From the sequence record NC_028448.1: a DNA stretch of 64,000 nucleotides. One strand, given 5' to 3'. Numbering within the stretch: the stretch's first letter is position 1; every line of letters starts with the position of its first letter. Positions 26,916 to 36,853 of this stretch are shown piece by piece. A model generated the notes under the pieces. The model ran no database searches, had not been told where the DNA came from, and saw only the letters and a program-made list of their open reading frames with translations. A program made the translations under genes and the position numbers. Origin of the DNA: Escherichia phage slur14.

Positions 26916-28684
26916 AAAAGCCACAAGAAATGCAAACGATGCGTAGAAAAGTTATTTCAGATAATAAACCAACACAGGAAGCGGCTAAATCCGCTTCTAA
27001 TACTTTATCTGGGCTTAATGACATTTCTACGAAATTGGATGATGCTCAAGCTGCTTCTGAATTAATAGCTCAAACTGTCGAAGAAAAATCGAATGAAATA
27101 ATTGGAGCAATTGATAACGTAGAAAGCGCAGTGAGTGATACTACTGCTGGTTCTGAGTTAATTGCTGAAACTGTCGAAATTGGCAACAATATTAATAAAG
27201 AAATCGGTGAATCACTCGGAAGCAAATTAGATAAATTAACAAGTTTACTAGAGCAAAAAATTCAGACAGCTGGAATTCAACAGACGGGAACTAGTTTAGC
27301 CACGGTTGAAAGCGCTATTCCTGTTAAAGTCGTTGAGGATGATACTGCCGAATCTGTGGGTCCTTTATTACCAGCTCCCGAAGCAGTTAATAATGATCCT
27401 GACGCTGATTTTTTCCCTACCCCTCAACCAGTTGAACCCAAACAAGAATCACCAGAAGAAAAACAGAAAAAAGAAGCATTTAACTTAAAATTATCTCAAG
27501 CTTTAGATAAATTAACAAAGACAGTTGATTTTGGATTTAAGAAATCTATTTCAATTACTGATAAAATATCAAGCATGCTATTTAAGTATACCGTTAGTGC
27601 TGCTATTGAAGCTGCTAAAATGACTGCAATGATATTGGCTGTTGTTGTTGGAATAGACCTGTTGATGGTTCATTTTAAATACTGGTCAGATAAATTTTCA
27701 AAAGCCTGGGATTTATATAGTACTGATTTTACTAAATTCTCTAGCGAAACCGGAACATGGGGTCCTTTATTACAGAGCATCTTTGATTCTATTGATAAAA
27801 TTAAACAACTTTGGGAAGCGGGAGATTGGGGTGGATTGACAACAGCTATCATAGAAGGACTTGGAAGTGTTCTTTTTAATTTAGGAGAGCTTATTCAATT
27901 AGGTATGGCTAAATTATCTGCAGCAATTCTTCGAGTCATTCCTGGTATGAAGGATACTGCTGATGAAGTAGAAGGAAGAGCATTGGAAAATTTCCAAAAT
28001 TCTACTGGAGCATCTCTCAATAAAGAAGACCAAGAAAAAGTTGCAAATTATCAATATAAAAGAATGAATGACGATCTTGGTCCAATAGCAAAAGGGCTAG
28101 ACAAAATTGCGAACTGGAAAACTCGTGCATCTAATTGGATTCGTGGGGTTGATAATAAAGAAGCACTAACTACCGACGAAGAACGCGCAGCAGAAGAAGA
28201 AAAATTAAAGCAACTTTCACCTGAAGAAAGAAAAAATGCTTTAATGAAGGCTAATGAAGCCCGTGCCGCAATGATTCGCTTTGAAAAATATGCTGATTCA
28301 GCTGATATGAGTAAAGACTCAACGGTTAAATCTGTTGAATCTGCCTATGAAGACCTTAAAAAACGAATGGATGACCCGGATTTAAACAATTCACCGGCAG
28401 TTAAAAAAGAACTTGCTGCTAGATTTTCTAAAATTGATGCTACTTATCAAGAGCTCAAGAAAAATCAGCCTAATGCCAAACCTGAAACTTCTGCTAAATC
28501 GCCAGAAGCGAAACAGGTCCAGGTTATTGAAAAGAACAAAGCACAGCAAGCTCCTGTTCAGCAAGCATCTCCTTCAATCAATAATACTAATAATGTTATT
28601 AAGAAAAATACTGTCGTTCATAATATGACACCCGTAACGAGCACGACTGCTCCTGGTGTATTTGATGCGACTGGAGTTAATTAA
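26912..28684 (+). CDS. 29: Baseplate hub / tail length determinator gp29
   Basis: 590 aa ORF; low-complexity central region; synteny. Confidence 0.85.
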   Translation: MKKPQEMQTMRRKVISDNKPTQEAAKSASNTLSGLNDISTKLDDAQAASELIAQTVEEKSNEIIGAIDNVESAVSDTTAGSELIAETVEIGNNINKEIGESLGSKLDKLTSLLEQKIQTAGIQQTGTSLATVESAIPVKVVEDDTAESVGPLLPAPEAVNNDPDADFFPTPQPVEPKQESPEEKQKKEAFNLKLSQALDKLTKTVDFGFKKSISITDKISSMLFKYTVSAAIEAAKMTAMILAVVVGIDLLMVHFKYWSDKFSKAWDLYSTDFTKFSSETGTWGPLLQSIFDSIDKIKQLWEAGDWGGLTTAIIEGLGSVLFNLGELIQLGMAKLSAAILRVIPGMKDTADEVEGRALENFQNSTGASLNKEDQEKVANYQYKRMNDDLGPIAKGLDKIANWKTRASNWIRGVDNKEALTTDEERAAEEEKLKQLSPEERKNALMKANEARAAMIRFEKYADSADMSKDSTVKSVESAYEDLKKRMDDPDLNNSPAVKKELAARFSKIDATYQELKKNQPNAKPETSAKSPEAKQVQVIEKNKAQQAPVQQASPSINNTNNVIKKNTVVHNMTPVTSTTAPGVFDATGVN

Positions 28685-28692
28685 GGAATAAT

Positions 28693-29787
28693 ATGGCAAT
28701 TGTTAAAGAAATAACTACTGATTTAATTAAAAAGTCCGGTGAGAAAATTTCAGCCGGACAGAGCACTAAATCAGAAGTAGTAACTAAAACATACACTGCC
28801 CAGTTTCCAACTGGGCGTGCTAGTGGTAATGACACTACAGGGGACTTCCAGGTAACAGATCTATATAAGAATGGATTATTATTTACTGCATACAATATGT
28901 CATCTAGGGATTCTGGAAGTCTTAGATCGATGAGATCTAACTACTCTTCTTCATCTTCGAGTATTTTAAGTACAGCTAGAAACACTATTAGTAGTACAGT
29001 ATCAAAACTATCAAATGGATTAATATCAAATAATAATTCAGGAACAATAAGTAAAGCTCCTGTCGCAAACATTCTTTTACCGAGATCTAAATCTGATGTT
29101 GACACATCATCACATAGATTTAATGATGTTCAAGAAAGCCTTATCAGTAGAGGCGGAGGTACTGCTACTGGTGTGCTAAGTAATGTTGCTTCAACTGCAG
29201 TATTTGGGGCACTGGAAAGTATAACACAAGGTATAATGGCTGATAATAATGAACAGATTTATACGACAGCCAGAAGTATGTATGGTGGTGCTGAAAATAG
29301 AACTAAAGTGTTTACATGGGATTTGACTCCACGTTCAACAGAAGATTTAATGGCTATTATTAATATCTATCAATATTTTAACTATTTTTCTTATGGTGAA
29401 ACAGGTAAATCTCAATACGCTGCTGAAATAAAGGGGTATTTAGATGATTGGTATCGTTCTACGTTAATTGAACCTTTATCTCCGGAAGACGCAGCTAAAA
29501 ATAAAACACTATTTGAGAAAATGACAGCAAGTTTAACGAACGTTCTTGTAGTTTCAAACCCGACAGTTTGGATGGTGAAAAACTTTGGTGCAACATCTAA
29601 GTTTGATGGAAAAACGGAAATATTTGGTCCATGCCAAATACAGAGCATTAGATTTGATAAAACACCTAATGGTAACTTTAACGGATTAGCTATTGCTCCA
29701 AACCTCCCTAGTACATTTACTCTCGAGATTACTATGAGAGAAATTATCACGTTAAACCGTGCTTCTTTATATGCGGGGACTTTTTAA
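28693..29787 (+). CDS. 48: Baseplate tail-tube junction protein gp48
   Basis: 364 aa ORF; synteny. Confidence 0.85.
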   Translation: MAIVKEITTDLIKKSGEKISAGQSTKSEVVTKTYTAQFPTGRASGNDTTGDFQVTDLYKNGLLFTAYNMSSRDSGSLRSMRSNYSSSSSSILSTARNTISSTVSKLSNGLISNNNSGTISKAPVANILLPRSKSDVDTSSHRFNDVQESLISRGGGTATGVLSNVASTAVFGALESITQGIMADNNEQIYTTARSMYGGAENRTKVFTWDLTPRSTEDLMAIINIYQYFNYFSYGETGKSQYAAEIKGYLDDWYRSTLIEPLSPEDAAKNKTLFEKMTASLTNVLVVSNPTVWMVKNFGATSKFDGKTEIFGPCQIQSIRFDKTPNGNFNGLAIAPNLPSTFTLEITMREIITLNRASLYAGTF

Positions 29788-30752
29788 TGTATTCTTTAGA
29801 GGAATTTAATAATCAAGCAATAAACGCAGATTTCCAACGTAATAATATGTTTAGCTGCGTTTTTGCAACAACTCCATCAACTAAAAGCTCTTCGTTGATA
29901 AGTTCAATTAGCAACTTTTCTTATAATAACTTGGGCCTAAATTCAAATTGGTTAGGATTAACTCAAGGTGATATTAATCAGGGAATTACCACGCTAATTA
30001 CAGCTGGCACACAAAAACTGATAAGAAAATCAGGGATTAGTAAATATCTTATTGGTGCCATGAGTCAACGTACAGTTCAAAGTTTATTAGGCTCATTTAC
30101 AGTTGGTACATATTTAATTGACTTCTTTAACATGGCATATAACTCATCTGGATTGATGATATACTCTGTAAAAATGCCAGAGAATAGATTATCCTATGAA
30201 ACTGACTGGAACTATAATTCTCCTAATATTCGTATAACTGGGAGAGAATTAGACCCTTTGGTTATTTCATTTAGAATGGATTCAGAAGCTTGTAACTATC
30301 GTGCAATGCAAGACTGGGTTAACTCTGTTCAAGACCCAGTAACTGGACTACGTGCTTTGCCGCAAGATGTCGAGGCAGATATTCAGGTTAATCTTCATTC
30401 TCGCAATGGATTGCCTCATACTGCGGTGATGTTCACCGGATGCATTCCAATATCAGTGAGCGCTCCTGAGCTATCATATGATGGAGATAACCAAATAACT
30501 ACATTTGATGTTACTTTTGCGTATAGAGTGATGCAGGCTGGAGCAGTTGATAGGCAAGCTGCGCTTGAATGGCTTGAATCTGCTGCTATAAATGGTATTC
30601 AAAGCGTTCTCGGAAATAGTGGAGGTGTTACTGGACTATCTAATTCGCTTTCACGACTCAGTAGATTAGGTGGAACTGCAGGAAGCATTTCAAACATTAA
30701 TACTATGACAGGAATTGTCAATTCGCAAAGTAAAATATTAGGAGCAATATAA
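29787..30752 (+). CDS. 54: Baseplate tail-tube initiator gp54
   Basis: 321 aa ORF; start overlaps gene 48 stop. Confidence 0.85.
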   Translation: MYSLEEFNNQAINADFQRNNMFSCVFATTPSTKSSSLISSISNFSYNNLGLNSNWLGLTQGDINQGITTLITAGTQKLIRKSGISKYLIGAMSQRTVQSLLGSFTVGTYLIDFFNMAYNSSGLMIYSVKMPENRLSYETDWNYNSPNIRITGRELDPLVISFRMDSEACNYRAMQDWVNSVQDPVTGLRALPQDVEADIQVNLHSRNGLPHTAVMFTGCIPISVSAPELSYDGDNQITTFDVTFAYRVMQAGAVDRQAALEWLESAAINGIQSVLGNSGGVTGLSNSLSRLSRLGGTAGSISNINTMTGIVNSQSKILGAI

Positions 30753-30756
30753 CAAT

Positions 30757-30786
30757 GGGGACCGAAAGGTCCCCATATTTTTATTT
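30757..30786. terminator. Bidirectional terminator between gene 54 (+) and a convergent minus-strand ORF
   Basis: GGGGACC-GAAA-GGTCCCC hairpin followed by atatttttattt. Confidence 0.7.
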
Positions 30787-31071
30787 ACGGAATGAAATGA
30801 AAGCAGCAACTGAAGCAACTAAACCGTCTTCAATATAAACTTCAATTTTTACAGGAGCTTCTGACTCAAATTTACCTGTTACTACACCCTGAAAAATACT
30901 TTCAGTCTGTTCTGGCTTTGAAAAATTTTCAGAAGGAAAAATTCCAAACTTTTTATCTGTTCCGAAAATTTTGATAAATTCATCGTAAACCGCTTCGTTA
31001 AAAGCATTATCAGCAGGAATAACGCCTTCAACTACAAGTTCTTGACCTAAAAAGCGTAAAGAAGATTTCAT
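30781..31071 (-). CDS. Hypothetical protein (alt.-3 position)
   Basis: 96 aa ORF; RBS gagga 7 nt upstream; driven by the 54-bp early promoter cassette. Confidence 0.55.
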   Translation of the reverse strand: MKSSLRFLGQELVVEGVIPADNAFNEAVYDEFIKIFGTDKKFGIFPSENFSKPEQTESIFQGVVTGKFESEAPVKIEVYIEDGLVASVAAFISFRK

Positions 31072-31078
31072 TTTGTGT

Positions 31079-31132
31079 TCCTCATGTTATGTCAGTAAGA
31101 CTACTATAACACAACACGAGGGACTTGTAAAC
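31079..31132 (-). promoter_or_regulatory. Conserved early promoter cassette, copy 1 (TTTACA-17-TATAGT plus leader and SD)
   Basis: 54 nt identical to 45355-45408; minus strand gtttacaagtccctcgtgttgtgttatagtagtcttactgacataacatgagga then ATG. Confidence 0.65.
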
Positions 31133-31492
31133 TACATTTTGAACTTTTTAGTACGCGGAATAGGCATGCGTCGATTTTATACTGTTTCATTGTTTGAAGA
31201 GCAGTATCAAAAACAGCATTAATGACACCAATTGGATTTCCACTCAAGTTTTTAAGCTTAACTAATGATAGTTTCTCATTAACACCTATCATTACGATAT
31301 GCATCATTTTGTCGCCTGGTTTAACGTTTTATCTGTATCACCGCCAGAGGTGTATGTACAAAATCTAAATCCAGGAAGCACGCTTTCTTCGCCGGCTTGA
31401 ATAGCAAAAATTTGTGGTATTTTATGCTTAGGATTTAAGTTAACAACCGGCGCCGAAGCGCCGTCAAATAATTATGTAATAAGTTCCATGAT
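31104..31492 (-). pseudogene. Decayed duplicate of the alt 5' region (first ~125 codons): premature TAA at codon 6 and a frameshift; residual 67-codon ORF 31104-31307
   Basis: About 70% DNA identity to alt 33230-33586 by eye; translates MELIT*...PQIF...GFRFCTYTSGGDT...MMHIV...MKQYKIDAC versus Alt N-terminus. Confidence 0.6.
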
Positions 31493-33586
31493 TTATCCTT
31501 GAACGAACTTGTAAGGCATGTTTGCAATATCTATGCAAGACGCAATAATTCCAAGAGATGATTCTACTTTCTGTTTAACATTTGATGAAACAAATGATGC
31601 AAAGTCAACTCTGTCTTCTATTTCAATATCACCTGTCATTGCAACCAATTCACCAGTTTCCATTAAATGGTCTCCATCATAGATTACCGATTCGGTGAGC
31701 TCTTCCGTGGTCATAACTTCAGCTTGAATGAGTTTTGTATTATTAGATGTTGTTCCGTCATTATTAGAAGCATCAGTTATTTTATTAACTTTGACCATCA
31801 ATCCACGCGGTAGAATAACTTCAGCTTCTGTTGCTATTCCGAGACTTCCTGGATATACAACATTAACTTTATGAGCTCCATCAATTGCCCATCCTATTTG
31901 AACTTTAACGTATTCAGGATTTTCTTTATACGCTCTTATTTCGTTTGGATTAATAGTTATTCCTTCTTCATTTTTATCAACTGTTAATTCATTGCGAGCT
32001 TCTGGTTCTAAAAGACCAATACCAGCATGTGTAATTCCAAAACGTCCAAAAATGATAGGAGTTAAAGAAGTAGATACAAAATTTCTGAAATAGAATACTT
32101 TATTTTTAACTAGTGCTTCGTATATAGGAGCAGTCATACTTTGAGCACGATAAACTGTAATGCCTTCTGGTATACGATCACCATTTTCAAAAGCAGAATC
32201 TAAATTAGTTATAGCAGCTTCAATTTCTTTTTCACTCATTACTTCATAACGTTCTGGATCATAACGACCCAAAAGAAGATTATTGATGTCAGTATATCCT
32301 GAACCGCAATACTCTCTAATGCCACGCTTTTGTGATGGAGTATATTTAGAACCATCACGGGCAATAGTAATATCAATCATTGGACCTGCACCAATTCCAG
32401 AGAAACTATAAATCATTCTTTTGAGGAATTTAGTTTTTGTCGCGTTCCAGGAATTTTTAGTTATTTCTTCCCAGACTTCATCTGGCTGTCCTTTACGGGT
32501 TTTATTATGTTTATCAAGCCAAGTATCTTTATATTCTTCAAATAATTGATTAACAGCTGCTGCGTATTTCTCTAAACATTTTATTGAAGTAGTCGGTTCA
32601 TTTTTAATCGCATTAAGAATTACATCTTTAATTTTTTCAGAAACTTCATTAACCTCACTTTTTGAAAAGAATTTATAGTCATAATGAAGTTCATCTGCAG
32701 TTCCTTCGGCAATGATTTTTGCTGCCTTAGTTTTAGAAGCTAATGAATTAATTCCAATTTTCATTTCTTCTGCTTCGGGAATTAAAGGTGCAGTAGCTGG
32801 TTTATTAAAATTAGCTGCTGTAGATTCATACTTCTGGAATAATTCACTTTCAAATCTAGAAGACTCTAATGATTGACTTTGTGCAATTGCTCTACGGGAA
32901 ATTTTAACTTTAACGATTACAGCTTGATCAGAACGTTTATCATTTTCTTGTGCAATAGATGCTGCAATTGCCTCATTTTTAGTTACTTGAGCTCCAGTAT
33001 CTTTATTGATATAAACATCACCGACCTTCGATTCAACTTTAGTAAAGAGCTCGGTACTAATTTCCGGAACCCCTGGAATGTCTTCTAGCGATACATTTTT
33101 GCGATGTATAAGAATATATGCATACTTTTTATCATAATCCCAGAGTTCCTTAAGAAGGACGTATCTGCCACCTGAACGACTACGGATAAGTCTATCAGCA
33201 ATAACTTGAATTTGTCGAGCTTGACCAGCAGTTTTAGACTTAAGAATACGGAGCATACAGGCATCAATTTTATACTGACGCATTGTTTGCATTGCAACAG
33301 TAAAAACCGAATTGATATAATTAATTGGGCTTGGACCAAGACCTTTCAATTTAGCAATTGAACCTTTAGCGGTTAATGTAAAAGGAACAATATGCATCAT
33401 TTTATCGCCCATCTTTAAATCGCGATTAGTATCACCTCCAGATGTATAGGTACATAAACGAAAACCTGGTTGTTCAATTGCGTCATCAACATGAACTGAA
33501 AAAATTTGTGGTATTTTCTTCTTTGGATTTAAGTTTGTAATTGGAAGAGTAGTATCTTCGTCAAATAATTCTGTAATTAGTTCCAT
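31493..33586 (-). CDS. alt: Alt ADP-ribosyltransferase (packaged in the capsid)
   Basis: 697-698 aa (tandem ATG ATG; second has better SD spacing); N-terminus MELITELFDEDTTLPITNL as T4 Alt. Confidence 0.85.
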   Translation of the reverse strand: MELITELFDEDTTLPITNLNPKKKIPQIFSVHVDDAIEQPGFRLCTYTSGGDTNRDLKMGDKMMHIVPFTLTAKGSIAKLKGLGPSPINYINSVFTVAMQTMRQYKIDACMLRILKSKTAGQARQIQVIADRLIRSRSGGRYVLLKELWDYDKKYAYILIHRKNVSLEDIPGVPEISTELFTKVESKVGDVYINKDTGAQVTKNEAIAASIAQENDKRSDQAVIVKVKISRRAIAQSQSLESSRFESELFQKYESTAANFNKPATAPLIPEAEEMKIGINSLASKTKAAKIIAEGTADELHYDYKFFSKSEVNEVSEKIKDVILNAIKNEPTTSIKCLEKYAAAVNQLFEEYKDTWLDKHNKTRKGQPDEVWEEITKNSWNATKTKFLKRMIYSFSGIGAGPMIDITIARDGSKYTPSQKRGIREYCGSGYTDINNLLLGRYDPERYEVMSEKEIEAAITNLDSAFENGDRIPEGITVYRAQSMTAPIYEALVKNKVFYFRNFVSTSLTPIIFGRFGITHAGIGLLEPEARNELTVDKNEEGITINPNEIRAYKENPEYVKVQIGWAIDGAHKVNVVYPGSLGIATEAEVILPRGLMVKVNKITDASNNDGTTSNNTKLIQAEVMTTEELTESVIYDGDHLMETGELVAMTGDIEIEDRVDFASFVSSNVKQKVESSLGIIASCIDIANMPYKFVQG

Positions 33587-33638
33587 CATATCCTCTCTAG
33601 TGTTTATTCTATTTATAAAATTAAAGGCCCGAAGGCCT

Positions 33639-33827
33639 TTAGTAATCTAGTGGTAAGAGAGTACGATATATTTCAAACTTTGGTCCTTTTTCATAGGCAT
33701 CAAATGTTTCTGTAAATTTATTATAAGCGTATGCATCTACAAATTCGAGAATGACTTGTGATACAGAAGTAGAAACATCTCCACCTTCTTTTTGAGCAAT
33801 GACAATTGTTTCTAAGTAAGCTTTCAT
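33639..33827 (-). CDS. Hypothetical small protein
   Basis: 62 aa ORF; ATG overlaps gene 30 stop (ATGA). Confidence 0.45.
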   Translation of the reverse strand: MKAYLETIVIAQKEGGDVSTSVSQVILEFVDAYAYNKFTETFDAYEKGPKFEIYRTLLPLDY

Positions 33828-35287
33828 AGACCAGTTACCTCATGAAAATCACCAAATACATCCTCGAATGTATTAGCTTTAGTTTTATCTTCACGTAAAC
33901 GAATCGCAATCGGAAGAAATAATTTAACGTAATCAGTGCGGCCATCAGATTTTAACCAACCGTTGCATTCGCACTCTAGAATTTTTCCAATATAATAATT
34001 TTGGTTTTCCATAATGCGAGTACGGTCAAGTTCATGTGATTTTACACCGGCTTTATCTTTTAAGCCTGAACCAGCATTTACCTTAATTTTTCCACACTCT
34101 GACTCAAGAATAAATCCACCCGCTTTAGTAGGGTCTTTACGGTGAGGATAAATTCCTACAATTTTTAAATCAACATCAATTACTTCTTTAAATTTATAGA
34201 GATTTTTTGAACGAGCATTTTCCCATAATCCATCGATATTTTTGAGAATAATACCTTCAAGACCTTGGTCAATATACTTTTTATAAATTACCTTAGCTTC
34301 ATCTAGGTTATTTACTACCTGGTTTTCAATTAAAATTACTTTATCATAGCCTGATGTCATTTGTTCTAGTTTAGAAAAACGTACATCATATTTTAAACGA
34401 AACGCCGGAAGACCGTATATTTCTACCAACGGGACATAATCCCAGACCTGAAACTTCATGCATTGAGCTTCTTTTTCGGAAATGGTTCCCTTTAAAGATT
34501 TATTAGCGATTCCATTAGAAGTAGTACGTGATTCAGCTACTTCGGCGAATTCTTTGGCTTTACTAATTTCAGGATAAGCATCAAAAAGAAAATCTAGGCC
34601 TTCTGGCTCCTTTTTAACTTGCTCATGGTATACCAATTCGCCATCAATTAACACGCCTTCTGGATGAATCTGGCGGGCTTCAGCGGTCATTTTGATTAAT
34701 TCTTCCTTAAGAAGATCTAATCCTAGATATTCATTACCGGCTCGTGATAAAAGACGAACATCATCTAATTCATCACCTCTGACTTCGGCAAAGCACCGAG
34801 CCCCATCAGCTTTTAACTGGGCAAAGGCTGGAAATTTGATATTCTTATTAATGCCTTTTTCATCATAAGAACTTGCCAGCATTTGAGGTTGTTCAGGAAT
34901 TAAACCTGGCCAAACTTTGTTTGCAATAGATACTGAAGCACCACATTCAAGGTCTCGCATCATCACTCGACGCAAAACTTCAACATCATCTTTTTTACCA
35001 TCGGTGATATATCCAGTTAATTCCTCAATTGCTGCATTTCCAGTCAATTTCCGAGTAGCTAATGTGAATTCAATGAAGTCAAGCATATCGGTAAGAGTCA
35101 ACATTCCAAAACTCTGGGTAGCAATACCAGGTTTAGGCCATTTCTTGATATAATACTGCAGCCCACGAGAATAAGTCAGACGATATACTCGTTTAAGCAA
35201 TTCATTATCTTTATTCTTTTCAAGAATTGCTTGCTTCTGCTTAGTTGAACCAATAGATGCTATTTCGTTCAGAATTTTAAGAATCAT
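33824..35287 (-). CDS. 30: ATP-dependent DNA ligase gp30
   Basis: 487 aa; adenylation motif KADG (QLKADGARCF); length as T4 ligase. Confidence 0.9.
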   Translation of the reverse strand: MILKILNEIASIGSTKQKQAILEKNKDNELLKRVYRLTYSRGLQYYIKKWPKPGIATQSFGMLTLTDMLDFIEFTLATRKLTGNAAIEELTGYITDGKKDDVEVLRRVMMRDLECGASVSIANKVWPGLIPEQPQMLASSYDEKGINKNIKFPAFAQLKADGARCFAEVRGDELDDVRLLSRAGNEYLGLDLLKEELIKMTAEARQIHPEGVLIDGELVYHEQVKKEPEGLDFLFDAYPEISKAKEFAEVAESRTTSNGIANKSLKGTISEKEAQCMKFQVWDYVPLVEIYGLPAFRLKYDVRFSKLEQMTSGYDKVILIENQVVNNLDEAKVIYKKYIDQGLEGIILKNIDGLWENARSKNLYKFKEVIDVDLKIVGIYPHRKDPTKAGGFILESECGKIKVNAGSGLKDKAGVKSHELDRTRIMENQNYYIGKILECECNGWLKSDGRTDYVKLFLPIAIRLREDKTKANTFEDVFGDFHEVTGL

Positions 35288-35553
35288 TGTTCATCCTTCA
35301 GAGTTTGATTTACAGCTCTATTATAAATCAATTCATCATTAAGCTCAGTTAAAGACCTATGATATGTAGTTCTAACTTTATTTCCTTGCATCCAGTGCTT
35401 GATATAAATGAAACCTTGCTCTACACATTTTTTAAAAATTCGTTCGTCTTTTTGAGCTCGGAATTCTGGATTGCATCTAAAAAATTGATTTACGTGACCG
35501 TAATCACGTGTAGTATTACCTTCATTTTCATAAATAGTGTGAACAACAAACAT
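35284..35553 (-). CDS. Hypothetical protein (30.1 position)
   Basis: 89 aa ORF with overlapping stop/start junctions. Confidence 0.5.
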   Translation of the reverse strand: MFVVHTIYENEGNTTRDYGHVNQFFRCNPEFRAQKDERIFKKCVEQGFIYIKHWMQGNKVRTTYHRSLTELNDELIYNRAVNQTLKDEQ

Positions 35554-36392
35554 TAGAATGCTCCTTGGAAAATATTATCACCACAAGTAGGTCTATTATA
35601 CAAATACTCTATACCGCCGGGTTTAATATAGTTCCATGTCTGAAACGGATGTGTCTGATATGGATGATATAGATGATTATAAGGATTAAATCCAGGAGTT
35701 CTCCAGGTAGTGTTCCAACGAAAAGAATCGTTTTTAATCATCTTTTCAATTACATCTTTTATAGCTTTTTCACTATCAAAACTTTCTTTATTTTCCTTTG
35801 GTGAAAAAAGCTTATTCTCTACATCGTTCCATGTATAAACTCGCTGAGCAGTTTTTGGAATACTGTCACGTTCCCCTCGAGCCATCCAATAAACAGGAAC
35901 ACTTAATATTTCACTCGCGTGATCGCAGTGGTGAGCGAGATCGTCAATATAACAAATTACGTTATATTTCTCTTTTGCCTTTTTGAACAACTCTTCTTTT
36001 GAAGAATCATGACCACACATCAGTACTTCTGAGAAGGCACCAGGAAAAAGAGCATTCAAATTAAATTGACGATTCAGCAGAGCGTCAATAGAATCACCCA
36101 GCGCTGTAACAGCTACAAAATTATAATCTTCTTTTAATTTGTTAATTACACACAGAGCATCTTTATATGGAGACAAGTAACGAATAAAATCTGAACGATT
36201 GTATTTTTCAATTAACTTGACACCAAGTTCTTCATCACAATTAAAAAGTTTACCAGGAGAAATAAATTTTTCATCTTGGATCATTTTTAAAATATGTTCC
36301 AACGGAAGATTATATTTCTGAGCAAAATAAGGAAGGCCTGATTGCCAGCTTAAACACACTCCATCAATATCAGTTAAAATAGTAGGCTTCAT
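35553..36392 (-). CDS. Putative HAD-superfamily 5'(3')-deoxyribonucleotidase-like protein with C-terminal extension
   Basis: 279 aa; N-terminal DxDGV motif (ILTDIDGVCLSW), later VTA and YIDD motifs typical of HAD phosphatases. Confidence 0.5.
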   Translation of the reverse strand: MKPTILTDIDGVCLSWQSGLPYFAQKYNLPLEHILKMIQDEKFISPGKLFNCDEELGVKLIEKYNRSDFIRYLSPYKDALCVINKLKEDYNFVAVTALGDSIDALLNRQFNLNALFPGAFSEVLMCGHDSSKEELFKKAKEKYNVICYIDDLAHHCDHASEILSVPVYWMARGERDSIPKTAQRVYTWNDVENKLFSPKENKESFDSEKAIKDVIEKMIKNDSFRWNTTWRTPGFNPYNHLYHPYQTHPFQTWNYIKPGGIEYLYNRPTCGDNIFQGAF

Positions 36393-36853
36393 AGAGAGTC
36401 TCTTAATAGGTTTAACACATCAATAAATTCAGCTTCGGTTAGTATTGTATCATCTTTTGTTAGACCACTAGCCATGCTGTGCTTCAAAACTTTTCCTTTC
36501 GAGGCTTGTAATGCATCACGAAAGCCCTTGTTTTGGATCACTGCTTCAAAATATGCATTTGTGTATAATTCTTTCCACGCCGGGGAGTATCTTGAAAATG
36601 GAACTCCAAGCCAGAAGAGGGTTCCACGGTCCTGAGCTCTTGCATAAGACCTTCCAGCTTGTTGGGCGGCAAGCCCGGATAACCCAAATATACGACGTTG
36701 TTGTTCAACGTTTTTCACCTTGCATCCTTGGAGGAATCCTTCAAGACCTCCAAATTGAATACCATCCATAACGAAAGGCCATTGGGCGAAATTACTTAAT
36801 GTACATGATGGCCACCTAAAATTGCTTCTAATCTCTAACTCAGACATTTTCAA
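36389..36853 (-). CDS. NADAR / YbiA-family (DUF1768) protein
   Basis: 154 aa; motif LSNFAQWPFVMDG resembles E. coli YbiA FSNFAAWPIKVDG recalled from memory. Confidence 0.5.
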   Translation of the reverse strand: MKMSELEIRSNFRWPSCTLSNFAQWPFVMDGIQFGGLEGFLQGCKVKNVEQQRRIFGLSGLAAQQAGRSYARAQDRGTLFWLGVPFSRYSPAWKELYTNAYFEAVIQNKGFRDALQASKGKVLKHSMASGLTKDDTILTEAEFIDVLNLLRDSL

